A stretch of DNA of 63,527 nucleotides, filler included, from Octopus bimaculoides (lineage: Eukaryota): assembly GCF_001194135.2 (NCBI RefSeq). It is 7 parts of 7 records of this genome, joined end to end, with 100 filler letters (N's around TTAATTAATTAA, not from the genome) between each part and the next. Parts side by side here need not be neighbours in the genome. Positions count along the whole stretch, not along the records: positions 20,844 to 51,922 come from NC_069004.1; 6 more parts are not named here. One strand, given 5' to 3'. The notes under the pieces are model-generated. The model saw only the letters and a list, made by a program, of their open reading frames with translations, made no database searches and was not told the DNA's origin. The stretch's first letter is position 1. Each line of letters starts with the position of its first letter. This document shows positions 37,783-49,905 of the stretch, piece by piece. The position numbers were made by a program, and so were the translations under genes.

Positions 37783-38776
37783 ACAGGCTTCTTTCAGTTT
37801 CTGTCTGCCAAATCCACTCACAAGGCTTTGATTAGCTCGAGGCTATGGGAGAAAACACTTGCCCAAGGTGCCATGCAGTGGGACTGACACACGGCAGACA
37901 TGCAGTTGCCATCAACCAAGTTCCACAAGTAAGGTATTGGTTAACCTAAGGCTGTGGTGTTGAAGGCATTCATCTTAAATAGCAAGTAGTTGGTTAGCAC
38001 CTAGATCTGTAAGGTTGCAACATGCAGCTCTTAGCTATGCAGCCACACTGACACCTGCTTTATGAATTCAGTCAACCATATCTTATTTCCCTTGTGCCAG
38101 CAAGTTGTAGTAGTTGATATCGTTCGTGGAAATATTTGACTTTCCTGGGTGGTGAACCAGCAGAATCGTTATTGCGTCGGGAGAAATGTTTAGCGGCATT
38201 TTGTCCGTCTTTTACGTTCGGAGTTCAAATCCCTCCGTGATCGGACTTACCTTTCATATTTTTGAGATCGATAAAATAAGTACCAGTTGAGCATTGGGGG
38301 CCGATGTAATAGACGAATCTCCTCTCCCAAAATTACTGGTTTTGTGTTAAAATTTGAATCCAATATTTGACTTTTTAAATTCTTTTGTTTCATCATTTAC
38401 AGCCATGGTCATAGTTAAGAAATTCACTTTGCAACTTTGTGGTTCTGTGTTTCACTTCAATGCACAACAAATTGAGCGGATGTCTTCAACTACAGCCTTG
38501 GGTTAACCAATAACTTGTGAGGGCATTTTAGTCGATAGATACTGAACAGACATCCCGTGAATGCGAGCGCGCGCGCGCGCGCGCGCGTGTGTGTATGCAT
38601 GCGACTGTTAATGCTAATGCATTCCTTTGTCTCATAACTTAGCTGAACAAAGAAAGTACGATAAAAAAAAATTACTGAAGGGTCAGAACCCTTTAAATCC
38701 AGAGTTCTAACATGGCCAGAGTCTAATGACTAAATCGGTAAAGAATAAAAGAATTTGTTTTAATTTTGTTTAACAG

Positions 38777-38872
38777 GTAAAGGTACTTGAATCTCATGTA
38801 CGTCGGATCTCCACAGAGAAAATGGAAACAGACGAGATATACGAGAGAAATCTGTTTGGGTTCAACTCAAAG
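38777..38872 (+). CDS. CEP63: CEP63/DEUP1-like exon 3, 96-nt repeat A (VKVLESHVRRISTEKMETDEIYERNLFGFNSK)
   Basis: taacag acceptor, AAG|gtaaga donor, phase 0-0, open frame. Confidence 0.8.
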
Positions 38873-38920
38873 GTAAGAAATTTGACTTCTCTTTTATTTT
38901 CATTCCCATCAATCTTTCTA

Positions 38921-39100
38921 CGAGGGGGTGCTGAAAAGTTCCTGGTTGCAGGCCCAAACTTCCAAGTTCTTTTACAGAACTTAGGAAAACTGACGGACCG
39001 CTGCAATAAGTGAGAGGGGAATATGTTGGATACAATCATAATTAACTGACCCTCTTGTATTTTCTTTTACCCAAAGCCAGGAACCTTTCAGCTCCCCTCA
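38921..39100. mobile_element. Mariner-type MITE
   Basis: Inverted termini cgagggggtgctgaaaagttcctgg / ccaggaacctttcagctcccctca with TA flanks. Confidence 0.8.
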
Positions 39101-39926
39101 TAGATGTCCAATATCTAAGAAGATAAGCTACAGAGCTATTGACTATATTTTGTCTACCCTTAACCCAAATAAAAGCCCCAGTTTACTCATTTTCCTTCTT
39201 TACCCCACTCGCAGATAAAGAGTAAAGACTAAAATGTTAGAATCTACGTTCTCTATGGTAAACAAACTTACTAGACTCCCCTATTAATTAAATGTACTGC
39301 TGCAACAGAACATCACCACCGTAGACTTTATATTATTGATTACAGTATCAGGAGTTCAAATCTCAACTTATCTGTTGTGTTTTATCAACAAACGTGACAT
39401 GTGTTCAACAACCTATTTATCCTATATAACCTGGATATTCTTTTAGAAAGTCATAATGCTGTGGTATTCATCTTGAGAAAGCATCTCGCATAGGCATATA
39501 GTGCTAAAAAGCACAGGATTATCAGTAGCAAATGTGTATTGTACAATACACATTTTGACGCTTATAAAAAACAAATGTTAATTTGTTTACATTTAGATAC
39601 ACGTAGTTGTCCATTTAGCTATTTAACGTCTAAATGTGTGGCTAAATTTGTCAGCGGGAAGTTTAGCTTAATGGTAAAGAACTCAGCTGCATCTTCGAGG
39701 GACATGGATTCGCGTCCTATTGTCGTTTGTAGACAAATTTCTTCGCTTTGTAAGGATAATTTATTCAGTTTTTCTGCTGTTCTAACGGCAGTTCTGCGTA
39801 CGAAAAAATATCACGTTCTTATTCGTATTGTACAATATACATTTCGATGCTAATGAAAAACAACTGTTTGTTTATATTTATATACATATGTATATAAATA
39901 CATATATATGTTTATATATGCATGTG

Positions 39927-39982
<56 letters not shown>

Positions 39983-41196
39983 CACACACATATATAGAGA
40001 TTCAGGCAAACACATACGCACGTCTCGTTTAACACACGTATCCGCGTACACATCTTCGTACATATACACATACATATACGCACGTGTGTGTGTATATCAC
40101 ATACATATACACACATGTACATGTATGTGCATGTATGAATATGTGTGCATGGATATGCCCGTTTGTGTATGTTGTGTGCGTGTGTATGTCTATATATATG
40201 TGTGTATGTATGTATATATATATGCATGTGTGTGTGTGTTGTTAAACAGCCCTACCTATACAGTGGAAGCAAATAAGATTTCAATTTGAAAACCGCTCTT
40301 AAGCGAGAAACTCACGTTAGACTCACCTTAAAAATAAACACCTGATAACTTTTAAACATCTAATTAAAGATTTTCAGAAAAGCCATTTCTATTCATTTTT
40401 TTAAATATATAAAATTGAATCAAAGATTTTCTCTTTCTTATTCTACTATATATATATATATNNNNNNNNNNNNNNNNNNNNNNNNNNNNNNNNNNNNNNN
40501 NNNNNNNNNNNNNNNNNNNNNNNNNNNNNNNNNNNNNNNNNNNNNNNNNNNNNNNNNNNNNNNNNNNNNNNNNNNNNNNNNNNNNNNNNNNNNNNNNNNN
40601 NNNNNNNNNNNNNNNNNNNNNNNNNNNNNNNNNNNNNNNNNNNNNNNNNNNNNNNNNNNNNNNNNNNNNNNNNNNNNNNNNNNNNNNNNNNNNNNNNNNN
40701 NNNNNNNNNNNNNNNNNNNNNNNNNNNNNNNNNNNNNNNNNNNNNNNNNNNNNNNNNNNNNNNNNNNNNNNNNNNNNNNNNNNNNNNNNNNNNNNNNNNN
40801 NNNNNNNNNNNNNNNNNNNNNNNNNNNNNNNNNNNNNNNNNNNNNNNNNNNNNNNNNNNNNNNNNNNNNNNNNNNNNNNNNNNNNNNNNNNNNNNNNNNN
40901 NNNNNNNNNNNNNNNNNNNNNNNNNNNNNNNNNNNNNNNNNNNNNNNNNNNNNNNNNNNNNNNNNNNNNNNNNNNNNNNNNNNNNNNNNNNNNNNNNNNN
41001 NNNNNNNNNNNNNNNNNNNNNNNNNNNNNNNNNNNNNNNNNNNNNNNNNNNNNNNNNNNNNNNNNNNNNNNNNNNNNNNNNNNNNNNNNNNNNNNNNNNN
41101 NNNNNNNNNNNNNNNNNNNNNNNNNNNNNNNNNNNNNNNNNNNNNNNNNNNNNNNNNNNNNNNNNNNNNNNNNNNNNNNNNNNNNNNNNNNNNNNN

Positions 41197-41229
<33 letters not shown>

Positions 41230-41403
41230 CAAGTTAACTTAATGGTTCAACAAAGAACAATCGATAAAATAAGTAACAGTCTGACATAAGTGCTATAGCC
41301 AGTGTGATTGCTCGCACCCTTGTACCCAGTGCCACAGCTTAGCTGCTGGTCAATGACTGAAACAAGCGAAAGAACAAACAATAATTCATCTTAACTTTAA
41401 CAG

Positions 41404-41499
41404 GTAGCAACACTTCAAAATGAACTAGATCGCCTCACTAAAGAAAAAGAGCACGAAGAAGGGAAGAATGTGATCAGCGTGTCAAATCTCAGGTCAAAT
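41404..41499 (+). CDS. CEP63: CEP63/DEUP1-like exon 4, 96-nt repeat B (VATLQNELDRLTKEKEHEEGKNVISVSNLRSN)
   Basis: taacag acceptor, AAT|gtaagt donor, phase 0-0, open frame. Confidence 0.78.
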
Positions 41500-41944
41500 G
41501 TAAGTAGATTTGGATTAATTCTCATTAATCTTTGTAAAAGCCCATTTACCGTGAGGGTAAATTACTGGGATGTTGACTACGTTTGCATACCCGCAGCCCA
41601 AGTGACAACATCTGTTTTCGACTTTTTATTCTTTACCGCATTTTCAGTTGAAGCAAAGGACTGAACATTAGATTCTAAACTCCCATATTTACTTGTTGCT
41701 GGTGTTACAGAACATTACAACTGTCTTCAGATTATAGATTTTACTCTATTGACTTCATGGTCGGGATTTTAAATCTGTGCATACCCATTGTCTTGTGCGC
41801 ACATATAAGATACAAGAAAAAGTGTTTTTCCCTCAAATTCAAGACAAATAATATGTATGTATGTATGTATGTATGTATGTGTATATGATATGATCGCTAG
41901 CCACTAAATCTTTTTCTATTTTCTCTCCGTTTATTTCTGTGTTC

Positions 41945-41980
41945 CTTTCTGTTGAAGAGTATAGGCTCGAAACGTAAAAG
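41945..41980 (+). ncRNA. Hammerhead-like motif, A6U core variant
   Basis: CUUU CUGUUGA A GAGU auag GCUC GAA ACGU A AAAG; downstream tail homologous to the 61320-61406 copy. Confidence 0.5.
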
Positions 41981-42097
41981 ACTTTCTCATTTCCCGAGCG
42001 TTAAATTAATACTTCTGTTTGTTGTTTACACCACCTGTCTTCGTCTTCTATTTTGTTGTTTTTTTTTGTAAATTCCAACTATATATATATATGTATG

Positions 42098-42185
<88 letters not shown>

Positions 42186-42239
42186 AATGTGCTTTCCACA
42201 GACTATCATATTGTGCACAAAAAGGGTATAATAAATAAC

Positions 42240-43110
42240 TTGCAGTCCATTTTGGGGGACTTCACCTTTTCTGTCCCTGTTGTGAGTAAGAATGTTGAAG
42301 TTGTTGACCGCCTCACTTATTTTCGTCGTGTGATTCATAGTGGCATTAGCTGCGAGTCTGAAGTACTAAAAAGACTTGGACGAGCTGGTACAGGTGTGAT
42401 CTCATTGGACAAAGCTTTTTGGCGCAGCCAATATCTGTGCGAGACATGTCCGGTAAGTTCACCATCATCAGTTCATTGCAGGGTAAGTTTACCGTCGTCA
42501 ATTCACCGCTTTTTGCTGTTGTTTTTTTTAAATAAAATAGTTTCTAACTATTAATGGTGAGATACTATGAATATATTTTCTCAGTAAACTTTCCTCGCAG
42601 TAAAATTTCCTCGTGGTGAATTGACGGCGGTGAACTTACCTGTACTCGTGCAGGAGTAAAAAAGTTCGGGTCTTTAGGGCTCTGGTCCTCCCTGTCCTGC
42701 TCTATAGTTGTGAGACTTGGACACTGTCCAGAGCTCTTGGGAGCTGCCTGAGCTCCTTTGGTGCTACAACGCTTCGCAGGATTATGGATTACCATTGGTC
42801 AGATTTCGCATCCAACCAACGACTCTTCTCAGAAACTAGTATGCATCCTGTTACTTGTATGATTCGGGAGCACCAGCTCAATCTATTTGGTCATGTTGTT
42901 CAATTTTCCAAGTTAGGCCCTGCTTATGTTCTCTTCTTTGAGGATCTGGCTAGGTTGATGGCTCGTGTTGATCGACCACATGGTCACGGCAGGCGGGAGC
43001 ATATCTCACAGAGATAGGAACTGACTAGGACTCTGTTTAACGGTTTGCCCAGGAGGACCTGGGGAAATGCAGACAAACAGTGAATACAGCAAAGTGCTGC
43101 AACAGCACAT
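42240..43110 (+). mobile_element. Decayed RTE LINE interrupted by a MITE of about 190 bp (42452-42641)
   Basis: VEVVDRLTY...ESEVLKRLGRA and MIREHQLNLFGHVVQF motifs; MITE termini ggtaagttcacc/ggtgaacttacc. Confidence 0.65.
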
Positions 43111-43494
43111 GCCCCCACATCTGACCTTCTTCACAGTTTTATAGTTTCCACTTGTAAGGACATCCAGTTGTTTCAACATTCACAGAAATAGAAAGCTTGC
43201 ACGGATATGACGTGCAAGAATTTGTTTCCAATTTAAGTTATTGTGTTCTGTGTTCCACTATAGACTCAACTTGACCAATTCCTTGTGAGGAAAAAGTAAC
43301 AGACGGAAACTGTGCTGGCATTTGTTAGGCATGATTGTCATTATTTAACAACTGCTTTCTACGCTGGCTTGGGTTGCATTGGTTGTCACTGTCTAACTCT
43401 CTTCATATTCTGAGTTACTACCTACTTAGACTGGTTGTAAAACTATATCTCACTTGTATATTCCAATTTTGGCATGGTTTTTACCTCTTGGTGG

Positions 43495-44870
43495 GTAATT
43501 CCGTACGAAATCAATAATTTTATTTTTTTAATTGAAGATGACCGAAACCAATTTCTTTCAAACTTTGCATCCTAAATGGCCTTCATATGAAACCCTTAAA
43601 TATGAAATATTTTTTTACCAAAAAGTGACATTTTTTCGGTTATCTCAGCTAGCTAGAAAACTCTTTTTTTTTTCATTTTAAAGCATTTAAATAGATCTAC
43701 AACTTTTGTTTGGTGTATTTTTTCCTTACATTAAAAATAACTAAGTTGACCTAAAATTTGACCCGTGATCTTTCATAGGTCAAAAGATTCAGTCATCGAT
43801 TTTTTTGAAATTTTATCCAAATATTGCCCTACTTAGTCACAACTCACATAAAAAAATTCATACTGGAATCTCAATGGGAAATATTTTAAATAAATATAAA
43901 CTATAGTGAAAAGTAATGACAAATTATCAAAACTTGCTTACTATTGTAACTATTATCCAGCTCTGCTATGGTCAATGTTAGCAATGCCACTGCCAACACT
44001 TAGAATCAAAGTGTTTGTATCCCATCGCCTAAGGGGCCACTTCTGATAGCTTAGCAGATGAAGCCACATGTCCCATCCTCCCACTTTTGCCTTGCTTTAA
44101 ATGATTAAGTACTTGTCAGATGAAATTCTGAAAGCTTAGAAATTTAATGAGACAATTTTCTTGAAATTGATAATTGTGATGCATTTTTCATTTCTTTTTC
44201 CGTGAAAGCATAATGTTCTTCCTGTAGCAGTACTGGGGTCAAATTTACAAAGGATGTCTAAATAACTCACTGTTAAAACATTTGACTTTCTAGGAACCTG
44301 GAATGATGATGAGGGTCCCTTAGGTTCAAGAAAGATGAGTTTTACTTGCATAGTTTCTGAATATGTTTCTAGAACACAGGCTAACCACCAGTCACCATCG
44401 TAAATTGCAGCTACAAATCCTTTTATATCCTCAAATTGAATAGCATCTTGCATGGAGATTCTAATTTTAATATAATTATCTATTGTAGATATCATTTTTA
44501 CCTTAATTTTTGGAGGTGAGTTTGGGATAAAGCAATGCAACTTTTGTTGCCCCTAGAATTGTCCCTGCATTTCCAAATCTCTTTCTCAAAAAATGCTTTA
44601 AAATGGAAAAAAAGAAATTAGCTTTCTTCCACAAATAGTAGCTGAGATATGACTTCTCAAAGTTATTTAGTAACCGAAAAAATGTCACTTTTTTGAAAAT
44701 TTCAAATGGCCATAACTCAGCAAATATTTGAGTCAGGTAAAAAAAATATTTTATATTTAAAGGTTTCGTATGAAGACCATTTGGCATGCACAGTTTGAAA
44801 GAAATTGGTTTCAGTCTACCTCAGTGCTGGCGTTGATTTTGCATGCCCTTCATGACACCAACTGCTTTAC
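43495..44870 (-). mobile_element. DNA transposon remnant with long inverted termini, retaining a transposase-associated C-terminal fragment
   Basis: About 43538-43690 is inverted-homologous to about 44590-44815; internal ORF 44136-44540 GFVAAIYDGDWWLACVLE...GPSSSF...DPSTATGRT; superfamily (Sola3-like) is a guess. Confidence 0.6.
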
Positions 44871-46410
44871 AGCGTGCACTGGCTTCATTTCATTGTTGCA
44901 CCAATAACAGAAAGGTTGTCATGTCCTCAGTCAGGACCTTTCAACTCTGTGTTGTCTGTGCTCAATCTTCAGCCACTTCCCAGCATCCTCCATATGCAGG
45001 CTACCAATACTTGTATACTACACTTCATTTCTCTCATACCCAGTTTTTTGCTCAGATTATTTGTAATCTAGAATCTAAACACACTAATATTTAGTGGAAT
45101 ATGTTTGTTTTATCTCCTTGTAGCCTTCACAAATCTTCATTTAAGGTATGCACCATCCCAGTTAGAGGTGTGTGCGTGTGTGTGTTTATGTATTTGTATT
45201 TCGTTTATCCGTATTTTTAACACTAGTCTAAAAATTGACACTATATAGTGTCCCTTTATGTCCCATAGCTTAATAGTTCGACAAAGAATGACCAATAAAA
45301 TAAGTAACAAACTGAAAATAGTGCTATAGTCAGTTTGATTGCTCAAACCAATTTGATTGCTCAAACCCTTGTACTTTATCATGCAAACTTCCCCTCACTC
45401 GGAGAAAGAAAAACCTTGTTATTAACAGAGGTAGTATCTTCTAGAACTTTTTCCAAATTGTTCTTACCCTGGCTACTATATTTTCTGAACACTCGCCTCC
45501 TCTACTAATTATTTCACCTTGGTAATTACTTCTAGTGAGCCAGCTAGGTATTTAAAAGTATCCATTTCCAGTCTGCTCTTAGTGCATATTGCTCGTAAAA
45601 ATCTGCCACATACAATGCTTACTTTCACGGTTAGTCTGCCTGTGATTCCACTACTTCTCTTGCGTGTTCATCACATTAAGAACAGCATATAAAGTTCCTA
45701 CCTACTTCTTCTCTGCCTCAAGCAAGGCCATTTTCCTGATGACACTGGAATTCTGTTTCCTTTCCTACTTATTTAACACCTTAGTCCTTTCTAAAGCTTT
45801 TAAGGCCTTTCTGTCCTAAAGCTTTCAGTCATAATGTTTTCAGTCATAAATCCTAGATTTTGCTTCTATACCTGGAATTTCTATTTTAATTCTACCACAT
45901 TCAATAATAAGAGCTAGGTCATCAGCATATGGGAATTTCCTTGGGTAGCTGGTCTTAAATGCTTCTGTGATGGCCTGTAAACAATGATCAATTAGTTGGA
46001 GCTGCAGACTGGGCTGTGATGAACCCATATCTTCATACCAAAATCATTACAAAACTCTATTTTGAAATTCACTTTATTACTTCTCAGCCCCCAAAAGCCA
46101 TTCATGTACATCTAGTTTCCTTAGTAGCTGTGCATATACGTACACATACATGTGCATTGTTGTGTCTTATGTTTTTGTTAACTTCTATCTAAAACTGATG
46201 CTGGTAATGTTGTAACGATTTTGTCCAGTACCCTATCAATATTCAACAAATAAGAGTTGATTTATCTAAATACCAGAGTGAAATATGTATGGGGATAAAT
46301 CTAATACTCTATAGTCCTTGAAGGTGGTGCAACAGTATAGCAGCATGGCTGCTGTGCAAGGACTAAAACCAATAAATTAACATAGAAATATATTTCAACT
46401 TTTTTGACAG

Positions 46411-46506
46411 GTCCAGTCACTTTACAATCAAATAAATTGGCTCGTATCTGAGAAAGAGAAAATAGATGAGATGAATGTCACACAAATGTCCGAACTCCAT
46501 TCACAA
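46411..46506 (+). CDS. CEP63: CEP63/DEUP1-like exon 5, 96-nt repeat C (VQSLYNQINWLVSEKEKIDEMNVTQMSELHSQ)
   Basis: tttttgacag acceptor, CAA|gtaagt donor, phase 0-0, open frame. Confidence 0.78.
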
Positions 46507-46699
46507 GTAAGTAAATTTGATAGCATTCTTTTCTTATCTAATATTACTATGATTGTTTATTGATGCTCATTAGATGTGTGGGATGGTTACTGACATTCAT
46601 GCTAGTGTCCTTCAAGGAGGCACTCTGGTTCTATACCTGTTTATGATATAGCTGGATTAGTCTTAAGTATATCCATTGACATCAACAAAGATCATGAAT

Positions 46700-47460
46700 T
46701 TACACTTCAGAGAGCTAGAAGTAGAAAACAACCAGCAGTGAAAATATCAGATGCTGACTATGTCGATGATCTTAGTATGCTTGGAGATGACAAAGAACTA
46801 GCAAAGGAAATGTTACATGTATTGAAGGCTGCAGCTGTGCAGTTAGGACAATATGTCAATGCCAGTAAGACTGAATGTGTGGGCTGTGATGTAACAGGGG
46901 ATATGTGTGCTCTGAATGGCGCCGATCTGAGTTGATGACTTTACTGACCTAGGAATCAAGATTGTCTCAATAGAAAAGGATGTCCAGGTAAGGGCTGTGT
47001 AAGTATGGAATGCCTCAGACAGACTCAGGATTATATGGAGATCCCACATTCCTGATAACATGAAGAGAGGTTTCTTCAAAGCAATTGTTGAATCTCTATG
47101 GCTCTTCAGCATGGACACAGAACAAGAGACTTGAAAAGAAGCTTGACAGTACATACACAAAATACTTTGTGCCGTTAGTTTTCAATCTTTCTTGGCAGTA
47201 ACACCCTACACAGCAACAACTGTTAGCAGTCCTCTTACCATCACCTCATTAATCAGAGAAAGAACGCATTATGCAAGACACTGCTGGACAGGTAAAGATG
47301 AAATATCTTGCAGTCTCCTCTGGAAGCTCATGCATGGGTAGTCGAAGAGGAGCATACGTCAATCAACTTGTGGAAGACACTGGAAATCAATTTGAGCATT
47401 TGAAGACTGCTGTGAAAGATCAGGACATCTGGTGTAGAAGGGTTGCATTGGTCTGAGTGA
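46700..47460 (+). mobile_element. Decayed LINE RT fragment (RTE-related)
   Basis: ISDADYVDDLSML...GQYVNASKTE (YADD-like motif). Confidence 0.7.
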
Positions 47461-47586
47461 GATGCCTCACCAGATAAACAGAGAAACTAGTGTTGTTTAA
47501 GCTGTATCTCTGTTTTATGTTATAACTGTTTAATGAGCAGTGTTCAATAAAAGATAGAGAGTGAAATAAGTACTAGAGTTAAAAAC

Positions 47587-47908
47587 CAGTGGTTTTCAAC
47601 TATTTTTTTATCTATGGACCCCCTTGATTGCTATCTTTTTCTGGTGGACCCCCATAGCCATTAATTTTATAGATTCTTCTTTCCTATTCTGTTCATCACA
47701 TATTCGCTTGTTTAGGCTGAACTATATAAAGCATTTGAGAAAGAAACCTAGCTGTTTCTTGCAATAAATATACTTTAAGCAAAATATTTTCATGGACCTT
47801 TAGAATAATATAAAAGTGAGTCCCCAATTTACTGTTTTGCTAATGCTGACCCCCAAAAATCTTATATGGACCCCCACGGGTCACATGGACTCCGGTTGAG
47901 AACCACTG
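47587..47908. mobile_element. hAT-type MITE
   Basis: Termini cagtggttttcaac / gttgagaaccactg. Confidence 0.75.
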
Positions 47909-47996
47909 GTCCAAACACTTGAATGTACTTCTCCAACATGATTGTAGTCCAATAACAAAAAACAATAAAAGTATGTAATTTAAATTTGTTTGGCAG

Positions 47997-48092
47997 ATAG
48001 CAACAATCCAGCTTAAAATCGAACTGGCCGTTTCAGAAGAACAGCAAGCAGCGGAGAGGTTTAAGACGCAAGTATCTTTATTCAAGACAAAG
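47997..48092 (+). CDS. CEP63: CEP63/DEUP1-like exon 6, 96-nt repeat D (IATIQLKIELAVSEEQQAAERFKTQVSLFKTK)
   Basis: tttgtttggcag acceptor, AAG|gtaagt donor, phase 0-0, open frame. Confidence 0.78.
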
Positions 48093-48716
48093 GTAAGTAA
48101 ACTTGGTGGAATTCATTTGTTGATTGTATTCCCATCAATGTATTCCCATCAATTCGAAGTCTGGAAGTCAAATGAGTAAGTTACTAGGCTCATGATAACA
48201 TTTACCTGTCCAAAATAACACCTCTTTCCTGTTTTTCTCCTTAACTCACTCTCAGATAAAAGGTAAGGACTAAAATGTTGGATTCTACGCTCCTCACAGT
48301 AAACTAACTTTCTGTAATCTATTAACGATATGTACTCTGGCTATGGAATGTCACCACTGTGTTCAAGATTACAACTGTTATCCTCTTGACTGCACAGTTG
48401 AGTGGTTAAGAAGCTTCTCAGTCAAGTGGATGTACACTAAGTATGAAATTAAAATTGTAATCAAACATATAAATATCTTGCATCCCAACCACATGGTTCC
48501 AGGTTCAGTCCCACTGCATAGAGCCTTGAGCAAGTGGCTTCTACTATAGCCTCGGGCCAACTAAAGTCTTGTGAATGGATTTGGTAGACAAAACCTGAAA
48601 AGGCTTTGCAACGATATAAGTACTGGGATTGATTCCCCTTAACTTGGCAGTTCGGCAAAAAAATACCGATAGGATAAGTACTAGGCTTACAAAGATTATT
48701 ATGTGCATATATGTGC

Positions 48717-48747
<31 letters not shown>

Positions 48748-48761
48748 TGTATGTATGTATG

Positions 48762-49905
48762 TCAAGATCACTGATGCGGTCCTCCCACTTAATGCCATAG
48801 ATCCGTCTGAGACACATCTGATGGAAACGTTCCAATTGTTTAAGGTGTTATCGATATGTGACCCAGGTCTCGTAGCCATAAAGAAGAGAAGAGAGTACAC
48901 ACGCCTTGTACACCTTTATCTTTGTCTTCCTGCATATGTCTCGCCGACCCCAGAGACGCCTTTCTAGCCTTCAGAAAGCATCACTTGCTTTCCTAATTCT
49001 GTATGGAATTTCATTGTCCAAATTGCCATACCTATTAACAGTGCTTCCCATGTAGACAAACTCATCGACTACACCAAGTCTTTTACCATACACATAGATA
49101 TTTGATTCAATATACTGCTTACCAGGGGCAGGTTGGTACATGACAACAGTTTTCTTGAGATTGACTGTCATTCCTAAGGCAGTGCAAGCATCAGAGAATG
49201 CATCAGTGATCTTGAGATATTGGAAAGCTCTCGGTGTGAAAGTGTAGAAGCTCTTGTGTTAAAGCAAAGGCTCAGATGGAGTGGTCATCTGGTCAGGATG
49301 AAAGATTCAAGGATGCCAAAACAACTCTTTTATGGAGAGTTAGCTAAAGGAGAGCGACCTCCACATAAACAAAAAAAAAGAGATATAAAGACTTGCTGAA
49401 GGTTTCCTTGAGAGATGCCAATATCTCTCCTAACACATGGGAAGGCATAGCTATTGAGCGTGGNNNNNNNNNNNNNNNNNNNNNNNNNNNNNNNNNNNNN
49501 NNNNNNNNNNNNNNNNNNNNNNNNNNNNNNNNNNNNNNNNNNNNNNNNNNNNNNNNNNNNNNNNNNNNNNNNNNNNNNNNNNNNNNNNNNNNNNNNNNAT
49601 CTTCGTAGTCATAAAGCAAGACCGATGATTGACTACCAGGCCGCTGGTGATGATGCTACACACCATACTGTCTGTTGGGCATGTGGAAAGGAGTGTGATT
49701 CAACAGGAGGACTTAAACAACACGCAAAGGTACATGGAGCCCAATTACAACAACAGCCAGATATTGCCAGTAAAGGTTTTGGATGCCAATTCTGTGCAAG
49801 ACATTGTAGATCTTTGGCTGGGCTAAAAAGTCACATTCGATCACAGCACCGTTAAGTTAAGCTTCGTGCAATGGCCATACTCGATAACGAGGGGGCAGCC
49901 ATAAT
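48762..49905 (+). mobile_element. RTE LINE with an inverted 5' segment and C-terminal C2H2 fingers
   Basis: 48762-49199 encodes the late RT region on the - strand; 49200 onward continues ISDLEIL...LRWSGHLVRM...CWACGKEC...HAKVH, CQFCARHC...HIRSQH* on the + strand. Confidence 0.88.
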
